A stretch of 64,000 nt of DNA, taken from contig CAWEXO010000004.1 of assembly GCA_963813025.1 (NCBI GenBank), forward strand, positions 32,001-96,000, given 5' to 3'. The position numbers were made by a program, and so were the translations under genes. Below, piece after piece: positions 39,578 to 50,831 of this stretch (the first letter of the stretch is position 1; each line of letters begins with the position of its first letter). The notes under the pieces were generated by a model. It was not told the DNA's origin. It made no database searches and saw only the letters and a list, made by a program, of their open reading frames with translations. The DNA is from an uncultured Verrucomicrobiae bacterium. Its GTDB lineage: Bacteria; Verrucomicrobiota; Verrucomicrobiia; Chthoniobacterales; JAFAMB01.

Positions 39578-40765
39578 GTGAATACCGCGTTTGCCGATCA
39601 CCTCGAACAGCAACTCAACGGAATCAGGCAACAGGGTCTCTTCAAATCGGAGCGGGTCATCGACACGCCGCAAAGCGCACACATCAAGACAACCGGCGGG
39701 CGAGCCGTACTCAATCTGTGTGCCAACAATTACCTGGGTTTAGCAGATCACCCCGAGGTTATCGCCGCAGCGCGCGAGGCGCTTGAACGCTGGGGATTCG
39801 GACTTGCTTCCGTGCGGTTCATCTGTGGCACGCAGAAAATACACAAGCAGTTGGAGGATGCGCTGGCGCAATTCCACCGCACTGACGACACGATCCTTTA
39901 CAGCAGCTGTTTCGACGCGAACGGCGGCCTTTTTGAGACGCTGCTTGGGCCGGAAGATGCGGTTATCAGCGACGAACTTAACCATGCTTCAATCATCGAC
40001 GGCATCCGCCTTTGTAAAGCCGCTCGCTACCGCTTCCGGCATAGCGATATGAATGATCTGGAAGCAAAGCTGAAAGCGGCTTCCCAAGCGCGCTTCCGCG
40101 TGATCGCTACGGATGGTGTTTTTTCGATGGATGGCACGATCGCCGATCTCCGCTCGATCTGCGATCTGGGCGATCGCCATGGAGCCCTTGTCATGGTGGA
40201 TGAATGCCATGCGGCCGGCTTTCTTGGCCCGACCGGACGGGGTACTCCAGAACTGTGCCGGGTGATGGATCGGATCGATATCATTACCGGCACTCTGGGA
40301 AAAGCATTAGGCGGCGGCACTGGCGGCTATACGACTGGACGCAAAAAGATCGTTGAGCTGCTTCGGCAGCGGTCCCGGCCGTATCTCTTCTCGAACGGCT
40401 TGACCCCGAGCATCGCGGCGGCTTCACTGAAGGCGCTTGAAATCGCCACCCGCTCGACCGAACTGCGCGACCGTCTGGAGAGTCAGACAAAGTTTTTTCG
40501 CGAAGGACTCGCTCATGCGGGACTCACGATAAAACCCGGCGTCCACCCGATTGTACCCGTGATGATCGGAAATGCCGCCCTCTCTCAGCAGGTAGCCGAT
40601 TACCTGCTTGAAGAAGGCCTCTACGTGATCGGCTTTTTCTTTCCCGTCGTCCCGCAAGGCTCGGCCCGGATCCGGACCCAGGTCTCGGCGGCACACACAC
40701 GAGAGGATTTGCAATTCGCCATCGATCGATTTAGCGAGGCGCGGACAAAATTCCTGACGAGATGA
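39578..40765 (+). CDS. kbl: Glycine C-acetyltransferase (2-amino-3-ketobutyrate CoA ligase)
   Basis: [24 protein letters not shown] and TLGKA motifs; follows tdh. Confidence 0.96.
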   Translation: MNTAFADHLEQQLNGIRQQGLFKSERVIDTPQSAHIKTTGGRAVLNLCANNYLGLADHPEVIAAAREALERWGFGLASVRFICGTQKIHKQLEDALAQFHRTDDTILYSSCFDANGGLFETLLGPEDAVISDELNHASIIDGIRLCKAARYRFRHSDMNDLEAKLKAASQARFRVIATDGVFSMDGTIADLRSICDLGDRHGALVMVDECHAAGFLGPTGRGTPELCRVMDRIDIITGTLGKALGGGTGGYTTGRKKIVELLRQRSRPYLFSNGLTPSIAAASLKALEIATRSTELRDRLESQTKFFREGLAHAGLTIKPGVHPIVPVMIGNAALSQQVADYLLEEGLYVIGFFFPVVPQGSARIRTQVSAAHTREDLQFAIDRFSEARTKFLTR

Positions 40766-40878
40766 GGAAAGCGGCGGGAGCGGGTTCAGCAGCGGGAGCT
40801 AGCGGTGAACTGAAAAGATTTCAGCTACCGCCCGCCGCTGAACCCGCTCCCTCCGCTTTCCTCCCGCTCCCTCCGCTT
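40766..40878. repeat. Inverted pair of GCGGAGGGAGCGGG-type repeat (family D) between convergent genes
   Basis: GGAAAGCGGCGGGAGCGGGTTCAGC...GCTGAACCCGCTCCCTCCGCTTTCC; related to 8113-8186 and 49630-49656. Confidence 0.75.
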
Positions 40879-40879
40879 C

Positions 40880-41461
40880 TTAAAGCTCAATCCTGGTGCC
40901 CAGAAGCTTCAAGAATTGGGCAACGAATGCCGGGTGCGCCGGCCAAGCAGGTCCCGTAACAAGATTTCCGTCAGTGTATGCATCCGTGACCGGAATCTCT
41001 ACGTATTCTCCGCCGGACAATCCCACCTCCGGTCCGCAGGCCGGATAAGCCGAACAGGTGCGGCCTTTGAGCACGCCCGCCGCCGCCAGGATTTGCGGCC
41101 CATGGCAGAGCGCGGCCACCGGTTTCTGGTGCTCAAAAAAATGACGAACGATGTTCAAAACGCCTTTATCCAAGCGCAGATATTCCGGCGCGCGGCCACC
41201 CGGAATCAATAGGGCATCGTAGTCCTCCGGACGCACCTCCGAAAAGGTCGCGTTCAAGGAAAAATTGTGTCCGGGTTTTTCAGTATAAGTCTGGTCGCCC
41301 TCGAAGTCGTGGATCGCAGTGCGCACCTTATCGCCAACCTTCTTTCCCGGACATACCGTGTCTACCCGGTGTCCGACCGCCAGTAAGGCCTGGAACGGCA
41401 CCATTACTTCGTAGTCCTCAACGAAGTCTCCCACTAAACAGAGGATTTTTTTTGCTGCCAT
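40880..41461 (-). CDS. DJ-1/PfpI family protein
   Basis: [14 protein letters not shown] and LCHG motifs. Confidence 0.93.
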   Translation of the reverse strand: MAAKKILCLVGDFVEDYEVMVPFQALLAVGHRVDTVCPGKKVGDKVRTAIHDFEGDQTYTEKPGHNFSLNATFSEVRPEDYDALLIPGGRAPEYLRLDKGVLNIVRHFFEHQKPVAALCHGPQILAAAGVLKGRTCSAYPACGPEVGLSGGEYVEIPVTDAYTDGNLVTGPAWPAHPAFVAQFLKLLGTRIEL

Positions 41462-41615
41462 AATAGAAGATGGCACGAACTCGAGGCGGTACAAGCTCAG
41501 CGGCTTCCTCCGCGGAATCCTGTTAGACAAATTTTGCTCTTTGTCCTGCTGCTCGTGAAAATATTGTTTTCTTGCGAAGAATTCGGAGGAGAATTTGAAA
41601 CGATTTTGGGCATCG

Positions 41616-42626
41616 ATGAAAGCTTACGTGATACGCGCCTACAACGATTCCGAGGGTCTTCAGCTGGTCGATCGCCCTGAGCCAAGGCCGCGAGAAAATC
41701 AAGTGCAGGTGCGCATCCGGGCCGCTTCCCTCAACTACCGTGATCTGGTTGTTTTAAGTGGAAGCTATGAACAAAACCCGGTGCCGGGACGGGTCCCGCT
41801 TTCCGATGGAGCCGGTGAGGTGGTGGCGGTTGGCTCCGGAGTCAGCCAGTTTAAGGTTGGCGACCGAGTTGCGGGTTGTTTTTTTCAGGGGTGGGCCGGT
41901 GGGAGGTTCGATGCCGGCATGCACCGGACCGCGCTGGGCGGAGCAATCGACGGCGTGCTCGCGGAACAGGTTGTCTTTTCCGAAAACGGACTAGTGCATT
42001 TTCCGGATCATCTTTCCTTCGAAGAAGCCTCGACGCTGCCGTGCGCCGCCCTGACTGCCTGGCAGAGCTTGATGACTCGGGGCAAGCTGAGGGAAGGGGA
42101 GATCGTGCTTTTGCTCGGCACAGGCGGCGTTTCCATCTTTGGCCTGCAGTTTGCGAAGAACGTGGGCGCGCGGGTAGTCATCACCTCCAGCGGCGATGAC
42201 AAGTTGGCTAAGGCACAGGCTTTGGGTGCGGTTGAAACGATAAATTATCGGAAAACGCCGGAATGGGGCAAAGCGGTTAACCAGCTCACTGATGGCGGAG
42301 TCGATCATGTCGTCGAAGTCGGCGGTGGGGGAACTTTCCCGCAATCCGTGCGCGCCTGCCGCCCGGAAGCGAAGATTGGCCTAATCGGAATCTTGTCGGG
42401 TCGAGAAGCCCAGGCGGATATTTTTCAGATAGTGCCAAAACTACTGACTGTTTTCGGCGTTTACGTCGGGAACCGGGAGATGTTTCTGGAAATGAACCGC
42501 GCGATCGGGCAGGCCCGCCTGCATCCAGTCATCGATCGAGTTTTTCCGTTTGGAGAAGCCCGCGCGGCCTACGATCATCTGCGCGCGGGCAAGCACTTTG
42601 GAAAGGTTGTGATCCGCGTAGAGTAG
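41616..42626 (+). CDS. MDR-family NAD(P)-dependent alcohol dehydrogenase/quinone reductase
   Basis: ASLNYRD, PLSDGAG, GTGGVS and HFGKVVI motifs. Confidence 0.92.
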   Translation: MKAYVIRAYNDSEGLQLVDRPEPRPRENQVQVRIRAASLNYRDLVVLSGSYEQNPVPGRVPLSDGAGEVVAVGSGVSQFKVGDRVAGCFFQGWAGGRFDAGMHRTALGGAIDGVLAEQVVFSENGLVHFPDHLSFEEASTLPCAALTAWQSLMTRGKLREGEIVLLLGTGGVSIFGLQFAKNVGARVVITSSGDDKLAKAQALGAVETINYRKTPEWGKAVNQLTDGGVDHVVEVGGGGTFPQSVRACRPEAKIGLIGILSGREAQADIFQIVPKLLTVFGVYVGNREMFLEMNRAIGQARLHPVIDRVFPFGEARAAYDHLRAGKHFGKVVIRVE

Positions 42627-42696
42627 CCGGCGATGGGACTCGAACCCATGACCGCTCGATTACGAATCGAGTGCTCTACCACTGAGCTACGCCGGC
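42625..42696 (-). tRNA. tRNA-Thr(CGT)
   Basis: GCCGGCGTAGCTCAGTGGTAGAGCACTCGATT-CGT-AATCGAGCGGTCATGGGTTCGAGTCCCATCGCCGGCT folds as a cloverleaf; no encoded CCA. Confidence 0.96.
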
Positions 42697-42859
42697 GAAG
42701 AGGGAAGCCGGGAACTATCCTCGGAATGCTTCGGCCGTCAAGGTTTGAGGCGCTCCATGTAGTCTGCATCGTCCGCAAATCTTTAAAGATTTTTGGATGA
42801 CGCAGACGCTTCAAAAAGAACCTTTTCAAACTCCTTCTGGAAGATAGCGTTGGCACAAA

Positions 42860-43150
42860 ATGAAACGGTGTTTGTCTCTCAGTTCCATCCTGCTCCTGTT
42901 CTGCGCCTTGTTCCTGGAGGGGTGTAACAAGAGCCCGGTCTCCAAACTGAACCGTTCAAACTACGATCAAATTCATGAGGGCATGTCCAAGGAGCAAGTC
43001 CAAGCGATCCTCGGACCGCCAACCGCGATCAAGACTGAGGATAAAATAATTTATAAGCGAACCGTTTGGCGTTATACCGAAGGTGACAGGTATATCAATA
43101 TCACCTTTAAGAACGACGAGCTGGACAGTAAAGATACCAACCTGTCCTAA
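42860..43150 (+). CDS. Small lipoprotein, SmpA/OmlA/BamE-like domain
   Basis: Lipobox LEGC; GMSKEQVQAILGPP...WRY. Confidence 0.75.
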   Translation: MKRCLSLSSILLLFCALFLEGCNKSPVSKLNRSNYDQIHEGMSKEQVQAILGPPTAIKTEDKIIYKRTVWRYTEGDRYINITFKNDELDSKDTNLS

Positions 43151-43177
43151 GCCTCTTTAGGAGCTTTCTAGCAAGCA

Positions 43178-44209
43178 ATGGAGCAATCAGCGGAACCGCC
43201 TGAGCAGCTCGCACCCGGAAACGCGAGCCGAACCTCGGAAATCAGTCCGGTGGACCCGGCGATTTCGCCGGACTCTTCCTGGTTGCGCATGGATCCCGAG
43301 CTTACTCGCGCGGTCCTGGCCAAAACCGAAGAGGAGTTGCTCGGTGGCTTGGCCGCGCTGATGCGAAATCGTGTCGAAACCGAGAAAGCGGGGCGCAGAC
43401 TTGCCCAGCTCTTGCTCGACATTGAGGAGGCGCGAAAGGAGCTGCAGAGCGTAAAAAATCAGGTTCGTTCGGCGGAAAACGAACTGGCGAACCGGCTTGC
43501 CGAGCAAGAGCGCATCCGGGAGGCAACAGCGGGAATCGAGCAACCCCAATCACACCAGCAGGAGTTTGAGAAATTGTCCGTGGCTCATCGCGCCTTGCGA
43601 GACGAACATACTGGTCTGCTGAACGAGCGCGACTGGCTGCTCGGCGAGATTAGTCAGCTCAACGAGGAAAAGAAAAAACTTCAGACGGAAGGCAAAGAGA
43701 AAGCAGTTTGCGTTGAGAATCCGCAGCCCAGTCAAATGGGACCGCCGGAGGCTGACGAGATCGTACCATTGCTACTGAACCATCCGTTGCCCAAGGTAAC
43801 CGCAGGCTGGGACTCTTACCCATTGGAGAGTGAGCTTTTCACTGACGACCCGCTCGATGCTCCGCGAATCGCGGATCTGGTGAAAAACCTGCCCGGTTTG
43901 ACGGGCTCATTGATCGTCAGAAATTATGGACCGGTCCTTGCCAGTGCGTTGCCGGAACGTTTCTATGATCACTTGAAAGTACCGCACGGAAATTACAACC
44001 TGCTCTTTGAACGGCTACCTGAGCGTGTAGAGGAGAGCTGCCGAGCCTCCGCCCGACTGGCGACGTTTCGGATCGGGGCGGAGCATCTCACTGTCACTCA
44101 GGCAAATCATGCCTTCCTGATTGTCAGTCATGAGAAGCCGAAGCTGATAAGCGGCGTTCCGGAAAAGCTGGTTGCGATCACGACAGAACTGTCGAGGATG
44201 TATGGGTAA
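43178..44209 (+). CDS. Hypothetical coiled-coil protein with possible C-terminal roadblock-like domain
   Basis: Long heptad region; LVKNLPGLTGSLIV...GPVLAS pattern. Confidence 0.6.
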   Translation: MEQSAEPPEQLAPGNASRTSEISPVDPAISPDSSWLRMDPELTRAVLAKTEEELLGGLAALMRNRVETEKAGRRLAQLLLDIEEARKELQSVKNQVRSAENELANRLAEQERIREATAGIEQPQSHQQEFEKLSVAHRALRDEHTGLLNERDWLLGEISQLNEEKKKLQTEGKEKAVCVENPQPSQMGPPEADEIVPLLLNHPLPKVTAGWDSYPLESELFTDDPLDAPRIADLVKNLPGLTGSLIVRNYGPVLASALPERFYDHLKVPHGNYNLLFERLPERVEESCRASARLATFRIGAEHLTVTQANHAFLIVSHEKPKLISGVPEKLVAITTELSRMYG

Positions 44210-44286
44210 GACACACGGCCTCGGGCGTCACCTCCTCCAAATGCAGACAAGTTCCGCGCTACATCGTAGCCGTGCGGCTCGCGCGC

Positions 44287-46194
44287 TTAGCGCGCAACGG
44301 CACTGGTCACGGTGCGTTTGGTGAGCTGGTTGCCCCGGCTGCGTGGACCGCGCATCCCGAATTGGGCGGGATCAAAGCTCTGCCCGTCGATGCGCGCGCC
44401 TTTAATATGGCGGTACTTCAGACGCACCTCGTTCACTGGACGATCTGTCAGCAACTTAATCTTGCCTCCTTCCGGCACGCAGGAGTAATCCCGGTTCATG
44501 ATCGCTCCGCCAATGGCGAAACGCTTGATAAAGCCCCCGCGTGCGGTGGAATAGATCATCGTCAAACAGAGATCTCTCCGGTAAATCCCGTGATAAACCA
44601 AGTTACGATCAACGAAAAGCCGCTCTGGCGGAGGCATGACTTGATACCGTCCGTTTTCCCAGATGATCAGGAGGCGGTCGAGCGGCGAACAGCGAAAAGC
44701 TGCTTCGCCCTTTACGGTCGAGCCGATGAGTCCCCGGTCCTGATCATAAACGATCGCCAGCTCGTCGGCGGTGAGTTCGCGGACATCGATCTCCTCGGCC
44801 GTGGTGAGCTGAGTTTTCCTCCGATGCTTCTTTCCATGAGTCTCGATAAACCTTTTCAAATAATCGATCGTATAAGCGGTGAGGCGCTTCAGATTTGTCT
44901 CGACTAACTTGATCTCGCCTAATAGCTGAGCAAGTTCCTTCTCGTTCTTGGCGCGATCAAAGCGCGAGATGCGTTTGATCGGTAAATCAAGGAGCAGATC
45001 AACATCCTCGTTGGTGATTTCGCGCGGCAATCGGCGGACGAATGGTCGCAGGCCGCGGAATACGCTCTCCTGAACTTCCTGGGCGGTAACGCTATTTTCA
45101 ATCTTCAGGTAAACCCGATTTTCGATAAAGATCTGGATCAGGGTCTTCCGAAAATGCTCCGCCTGTAATGCAGCCCGTTTCAACTCAAGCTCGCGCCGAA
45201 GAAGGGTGGTGAGCTGCTCGGTATTAAAGCGAATTACCTCATCGACATCCATCTGGACCGGGCGCTCGCCGCGAATGACAACGAGATTCGCCTGAACGGC
45301 CAATTCGCATTGCGAGAAATGATAGAGAGCAGCCATCGCCTTTTCGGGATCCTCACCGGGAGCCAAGGTAATAACGACTTCAACCTGAGCCGCCGTGAAA
45401 TCGTTGATCGAACGAACACGCAGTTTGCGTTTGCGAACGGCTTCTTCAATAGAAGCGATCACCGACTCTGTCGTAGTCCCCGCCGGAATCTCGCGGATCA
45501 CCAGCCGGCCCTGCTGCTGCTCAATCTTCGCGCGCAGCCTGACTTTGCCATTGCCACGATTGTAGTCAGAGGCATCCAACAGACCGCCTTGAGGAAAATC
45601 CGGGACGAGTTTAAATCGACGCCCTTCGAGAACAGCGATCTGGGCCTTTAAGAGTTCCGTAAAGTTATGCGGCAAAATCCTGGTAGAGAGTCCCACTGCG
45701 ATTCCTTCAGCCCCGAGCATCAAGAGAATAGGTAGTTTGCTTGGCAGGACGACCGGTTCACGGTTGCGACCATCATAGCTCGGCACATACTCAGTCAGGG
45801 CGGGATTAAACAACTCGTTGCGGGCCAGCTCAGTTAAACGGCACTCGATGTAGCGAGAAGCCGCTGCCGGATCGCCCGTGAAGATATTGCCAAAGTTACC
45901 TTGGCCCTCAATCAGATAGGATTTATTAACCAGATTGACCAACGCGTCTTCAATCGAGACGTCGCCGTGGGGATGATACTGCATGCAATGTCCCACGATG
46001 TTGGCGACCTTATTGAAACGTCCATCGTCCTTTTCGTAGAGCGCGTGAAGAATGCGCCGTTGGACCGGCTTCAGACCATCCTCGAGCTGGGGAATTGCTC
46101 GATCCCGGATGACATACGACGCATACTGTATGAAATTGTCGTTGATAAGATCGCGGAGGGGATCCTCAGGCAGATGAAGCGAAGCTGACGGCAT
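44287..46194 (-). CDS. parC: DNA topoisomerase IV subunit A (short type)
   Basis: DGLKPVQRR, HPHGD, GQGNFG and catalytic AASRYIE. Confidence 0.9.
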   Translation of the reverse strand: MPSASLHLPEDPLRDLINDNFIQYASYVIRDRAIPQLEDGLKPVQRRILHALYEKDDGRFNKVANIVGHCMQYHPHGDVSIEDALVNLVNKSYLIEGQGNFGNIFTGDPAAASRYIECRLTELARNELFNPALTEYVPSYDGRNREPVVLPSKLPILLMLGAEGIAVGLSTRILPHNFTELLKAQIAVLEGRRFKLVPDFPQGGLLDASDYNRGNGKVRLRAKIEQQQGRLVIREIPAGTTTESVIASIEEAVRKRKLRVRSINDFTAAQVEVVITLAPGEDPEKAMAALYHFSQCELAVQANLVVIRGERPVQMDVDEVIRFNTEQLTTLLRRELELKRAALQAEHFRKTLIQIFIENRVYLKIENSVTAQEVQESVFRGLRPFVRRLPREITNEDVDLLLDLPIKRISRFDRAKNEKELAQLLGEIKLVETNLKRLTAYTIDYLKRFIETHGKKHRRKTQLTTAEEIDVRELTADELAIVYDQDRGLIGSTVKGEAAFRCSPLDRLLIIWENGRYQVMPPPERLFVDRNLVYHGIYRRDLCLTMIYSTARGGFIKRFAIGGAIMNRDYSCVPEGGKIKLLTDRPVNEVRLKYRHIKGARIDGQSFDPAQFGMRGPRSRGNQLTKRTVTSAVAR

Positions 46195-46209
46195 CGCACA
46201 GTATGTTCG

Positions 46210-46397
46210 GGGAGTTCCAGGAAGTTCAAGGAAGTTCAAGGAAGTTCAAGGAAGTTCAGGGAAGTTCGAGGAAGGAAAGTTTGTGCGTCTCGGGAATGAC
46301 AAGCCTATCCGAGATCGATCGGCGATGGTGTAAAATTTATCGACTATGAGGTTTCTTGAAGTTCCTCGAACTTCCCTGAACTTCCTTGAACTCCTTC
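46210..46397. repeat. Inverted pair of (GGAAGTTCAA)n tandem arrays
   Basis: 46210-46275 forward and 46355-46397 reverse complement. Confidence 0.85.
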
Positions 46398-46402
46398 TTC
46401 CG

Positions 46403-46702
46403 ATGGCCAAGCAAAACTACTTTTTTAAACTTCTCCCGCCTCGAGTCACTTTCATCGAGGATATGACACAGCAAGAGGAAAAGTTGATGCACGAGCATGC
46501 GCATTATGTGGGTGAACAGATGAAGGACGGGAAGGTTCTTCTCTTTGGGCCGGTGAGAGATCCGGCCGGAGCCTTTGGGCTTGCTATCCTGGAGGTGGAC
46601 AATGAAGCGGAAGCGCGAACCCTCGGCGAGAACGACCCCACCGTGAGAGCTGGGCTCTGCCGGTTCGAGTGCTATCCAATGCGCGTTGTGAAGCCGGGTT
46701 AA
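46403..46702 (+). CDS. YciI family protein
   Basis: EHAHY, FGPVRDP and NDP motifs. Confidence 0.8.
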   Translation: MAKQNYFFKLLPPRVTFIEDMTQQEEKLMHEHAHYVGEQMKDGKVLLFGPVRDPAGAFGLAILEVDNEAEARTLGENDPTVRAGLCRFECYPMRVVKPG

Positions 46703-46846
46703 AGCGAGGGGGGGAAGGGGCGTAAGCCTCAGAGGAACGCCATTGCCGGCGGCGATATAGACCGCATCTTTGCTGATATCATTCGATTAGTTGTTAATCA
46801 GTATCCGGGGCGCTGTAAAAGAGCTTCTCCAACATCCATCGAGGCG

Positions 46847-48978
46847 TTAAGTTGGCGCATCCGATTTCTCTTCTGGCGGAGGCGTCACCTGTTGCGCGAG
46901 CAAGCTCAGGAATAGCCCGACATCCGTGACCACTCCGATACTTTCCACGGAACCGCGGTCCGCCAGTTTGGTAACAACCGCCGGATTGATATCGACACAA
47001 ACAAGTTTGACGCCGGCCGGAGTCATATTACCGACTCCAATGCTATGGAGCATCGAGCTGAGCATCAGGATCATCTCCGCTCCCGCGATGAGCCGGGCGT
47101 AATCCTTTTGCGCTTCCAGTATGTCGGTAAAAACCTCCGGCAAGGGTCCGTCGTCGCGGATCGAGGCCGCCAAAGAGAACGCCACGCTGGCCTTTACGCA
47201 TTCGTAGAAAACGCCCTTGGTCAGGATGCCTTGTTTCACGGCGGCGGCGATACTGCCGGCTCGCCGGATGGCGTTAATGGCGCGCAAATGGTGACGATGC
47301 CCGCCCTGGACCGGCGCCCCGCGATTTAAATCCACACCGAGTGAGGTGCCGAGCAATGCCTGCTCGATATCATGGACCGCGATCGCGTTGCCGCCTAACA
47401 GGACCTGCACATATCCTGCACGAATCAACCTGGCGAGATGTTCTCCGCCCCCGGTGTGGATTACTACCGGCCCGGCGACAACGACAACTTTGCCGCCGCG
47501 TTCCCGAATCCGCTCGAGTTCCCACGCAATCTGACGAACGACCAGTTCCACCTTGCGTTCGCTGCTGACGCCTGCGGCCATAAAGGAGAACTCTCCCTCG
47601 GCTGTGCCTCCCGCGACCGTGCGATCGTTCCGGGCTTCCGGCTTACGAGAGGTTTGAATGCCGTCAACGCCAACGACGACCCGATCGCCGCGCCGCAACT
47701 CACGCAATAGACGAATGGCCGCGCGGGGCGGTGTTGTCTGATTATCTACGACGATACAGCCGTCCATCCGTTGACCGCTAACGCGTACCCACTCACTATT
47801 GAGGCGCACTTCGGTGGGATAGATCGTGGAAACGTAAAAGTCCTCGGGAGCAACACCCTCGGTCGTCACCGCTTCAAGCCGCACGTCATCGGTTGCTTCC
47901 GAAGGCGGCGTAGCAGCGCCGAGATCGATGAGGTGCCCCAGCAAATCAGTGAGCACCTCGGAGGACGGCGCCGAGATCTGAATCTCCGCTCGCGAAGTGC
48001 TCTGACGCTGTTTACCGAGTTGGAAACTGCGTATCCGAAAACTTCCGCCGCCTTGTACCGTCAGCTCTAAAGCTTTTTCGAGCAAGCCGCTGTCTAGCAG
48101 GTGCCCTTCCAGGATCAAGACGCGGCTCGCAATGCCGCTGAGCGCCTTGGCTCCGGGACGCACGTCTTCGTTCAAGCGCAGCGTCAGACATTTTGCCGCC
48201 CCGCCGGATTTCATAAACTCAGAAAGAGCTATCTCGACAACCCGAAAACGATGCTTCGCGAGACGCGTTTTCAGTGAGTCGCTGCAGCGGTTGAGCACAA
48301 CGAGATCTCCGACATTGATCGCATTGGCGGCAAAGAGCACGGCATCGGCCTCATCCAGGACGATGCGTTTTTCCGTAGGCACCCGCTTTTCGATTTGCCG
48401 GTTGGAAAACGCGTCAAATGCGGCCGGATAATACAGCAGAAAGCCTGGCGCAGGGGACACAGGCACGTGTCAAGATGATAAAACCGCTTGTCGATCAGAC
48501 ACAGGCTTAATACCTCGACGTCGAGCCACTCCGCGATTTGCCGATGGGCGTCCAGTTCAGTGCGGAAACCGTATCCGGCGTACAGCAGCAAGTGTTCACG
48601 ATCGAACAGCGCGTCGCCGGCGCCTTCAAACGGCAGGTCTCTTGGCAGCTCGCGGACGCGAAAGCCGTTGGCCTCGAAGAAAACGCGAAAATATGCTTCT
48701 TCGGGCTGTCGTTCCCGGTGAAAAAAGGAGCTGAGTACCACCTCCTGGCCGAGCACCAGGCCGGCGTTAGCGGTAAACACCATATCCGGGGCCCCCGGTC
48801 GTGGAGGGATCAGATCCACCTCGGCCTCCTGACTGAGAAGAGCATGGAGCCGGTGCCATTGCTCGGAGGCCAGGCGGGGGTTCGCCCGATCCAGGTTCCC
48901 TTCCATCCACGGATTGATGACGTACTCGATCTGGAACTGATCGGGCGGACACATGAGAATGCGGTCGGATTGATCCAT
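46847..48978 (-). CDS. argZ: ArgZ/AgrE-like arginine dihydrolase/ornithine cyclodeaminase (TIGR00300 type), split by a -1 frameshift at ~48451
   Basis: DMVFTANAG, FEGAGD, FYHLDT, GGAAKCLT, GHLLDSG, SSERKVE, SIRDDGPLP and MLHSIGVGN motifs; one added G gives ~710 aa. Confidence 0.85.
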
Positions 48979-49127
48979 AAGAAGCCTGGGTAAACGCTAG
49001 CCTGGCCGCAGTCTTGGCCAAGCATTAACTCCGGAATGGAGAGCGCCGCAGGATTTGTCGCGCGCACTCTCCATGACACGATGCCCTCGCACTGGTGCTC
49101 TGTCTGCCGTTTCGGTATTCTCGAACT

Positions 49128-49577
49128 ATGCGCTTTGTGCCGGTCCTCGCTATGGTATTCGCTGGATTTCTCATCTCTTTACAAGGGCCGATTAATGCCC
49201 GCTTGCGTCTGGCGGTTGAATCACCGGTCCTGAGCGCGGCCATATCGTTTCTTTCCGGAGGTCTTCTGCTCCTCCTGCTCATGGTCGTCGGCGCTTTCGG
49301 CGGTGCCGGAGCCGGTATCCGCGGCATGTTGAACGCGCCAGCCTGGTCTTATCTCGGCGGCGCGCTCGGGACCACTTTTGTTCTCGGTGCGATCATCGCG
49401 ATCCCGCAGGCCGGCGCCGTTGTTGTCATCTGCGCCGCTATTCTCGGCCAAATGATTGGATCTTATCTGATAGACACTTACGGATGGCTCGGAGTCACAA
49501 AGGTGCCCTTCGACCCAATCAGGCTTGCCGGAATCGGGTTCGTGATTCTAGGGGTGTTTTTGGTCCAAAGGAAATGA
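49128..49577 (+). CDS. DMT family transporter (YdcZ/DUF606-like)
   Basis: QGPINARL, WSYLGG and GQMIGSYLID motifs; about five TM segments. Confidence 0.85.
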   Translation: MRFVPVLAMVFAGFLISLQGPINARLRLAVESPVLSAAISFLSGGLLLLLLMVVGAFGGAGAGIRGMLNAPAWSYLGGALGTTFVLGAIIAIPQAGAVVVICAAILGQMIGSYLIDTYGWLGVTKVPFDPIRLAGIGFVILGVFLVQRK

Positions 49578-49756
49578 AAGGAGCGAGCAACGAACAGGTA
49601 GCCAGTCAATCGAGCGGAGGAATCGATGGAAGCGGGTTCAGCGGAGGGAGGTAGTTTCACAAGTTATGGCGATTGGCAGCCAGGCAAAAACTGCTGTTTC
49701 CGGTGGACGAATAGGTCGCATTGGGCCGATCGTGCCAGAAAAGGAGGCACCCTACT

Positions 49757-50765
49757 ATGAGAGATCTACCTTACAGAGAGCTTGGTCATTGCGATATCGG
49801 AGTTTCCCGCTCTTGGCTTGGGCTGCATGGGCATGTCCTTTGCCTATGGACCAACGGATGAGCAGGAGTCGTTGCGTGTCCTGCAGCGTTACCTGGATCT
49901 CGGCGGAAATTTTTTCGATACGGCCGAGACCTATGGTCCATACAAGAACGAGGAACTGCTCGGACGATTTCTCGCCCGAGTTCCCCGGGAACGCGTGGTT
50001 GTGGCCACGAAGTTTGGGTTTCGTTTCGCCGCGGACGGAACCAGACTGGAAGGGACGGACGGTTCGCCGGCCAATGTTCGGCGAGCGTGCGAGGGGAGTC
50101 TGCGCCGGCTCGGGATTGAGGTAATCGATCTTTTTTATCAGCATCGCGTTGATCAGGCAGTCCCAATCGAAGAGACAGTCGGCGCGATGGCGAAGCTGGT
50201 CGAAGAAGGCAAGGTGCGCACGTTAGGCCTTTCGGAAGCAGGTCCAAGCACCTTGCGAAGAGCGAGCACCGTTCATCCGATTGCTGCGCTGCAAAGTGAA
50301 TATTCCTTGTGGTCGCGCGAGGTGGAAAGTAACGGAGTACTGGAGACGTGCCGAGAACTTGGAATTGCCTTTGTCCCCTATAGCCCATTGGGTCGCGGCT
50401 TCTTGACGGGCGCGATTCAGAAACTCTCGGATCTTGATCCCAGTGACTGGCGGCGCACCAATCCTCGATTTGGCGAAGAAGCGTTGCGGCAGAATTTGAG
50501 GCTGGCGGATGTCGTCAAAGAGTTGGCCGGGAAGAAGGGCTGTACGCCCGCGCAGTTAGCCTTGGCCTGGGTGTTGGCTCAAGGGGATGATGTTGTTCCG
50601 ATTCCTGGGACAAAACGTGTCCGCTATCTGGAAGACAATATGGGTGCGCTGAACGTGAAACTCAGCGCAAGCGACCTCGAAGAAATCGATCGGCGCGTCA
50701 AAGGACTCGCGATTGTTGGCGAACGATATGCGCCCGATATGATGGACCTGATCGATCGACAGTGA
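49757..50765 (+). CDS. Aldo/keto reductase, with a +1 frameshift at ~49806-49808
   Basis: AAGGAGG RBS at 49741, then [10 protein letters not shown]. Removing one C joins it to [18 protein letters not shown] and YSPLGRG. Confidence 0.9.
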
Positions 50766-50831
50766 TCTGGGCCGTAGGGTAGGGGTTCACGCGGTTGGAA
50801 AGGCCCTCACTCCCGCCGATGCGTCAAGGCC

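Noticed and set aside
42625..42645. tRNA-Thr 3' end as the att site of an integrated island
   Set aside because: I saw no convincing duplicate (only a ~10-bp chance match near 63973) and no integrase
48440..48466. Programmed ribosomal frameshift in argZ
   Set aside because: No slippery heptamer is present; a single missing G explains it and similar indels recur in the window
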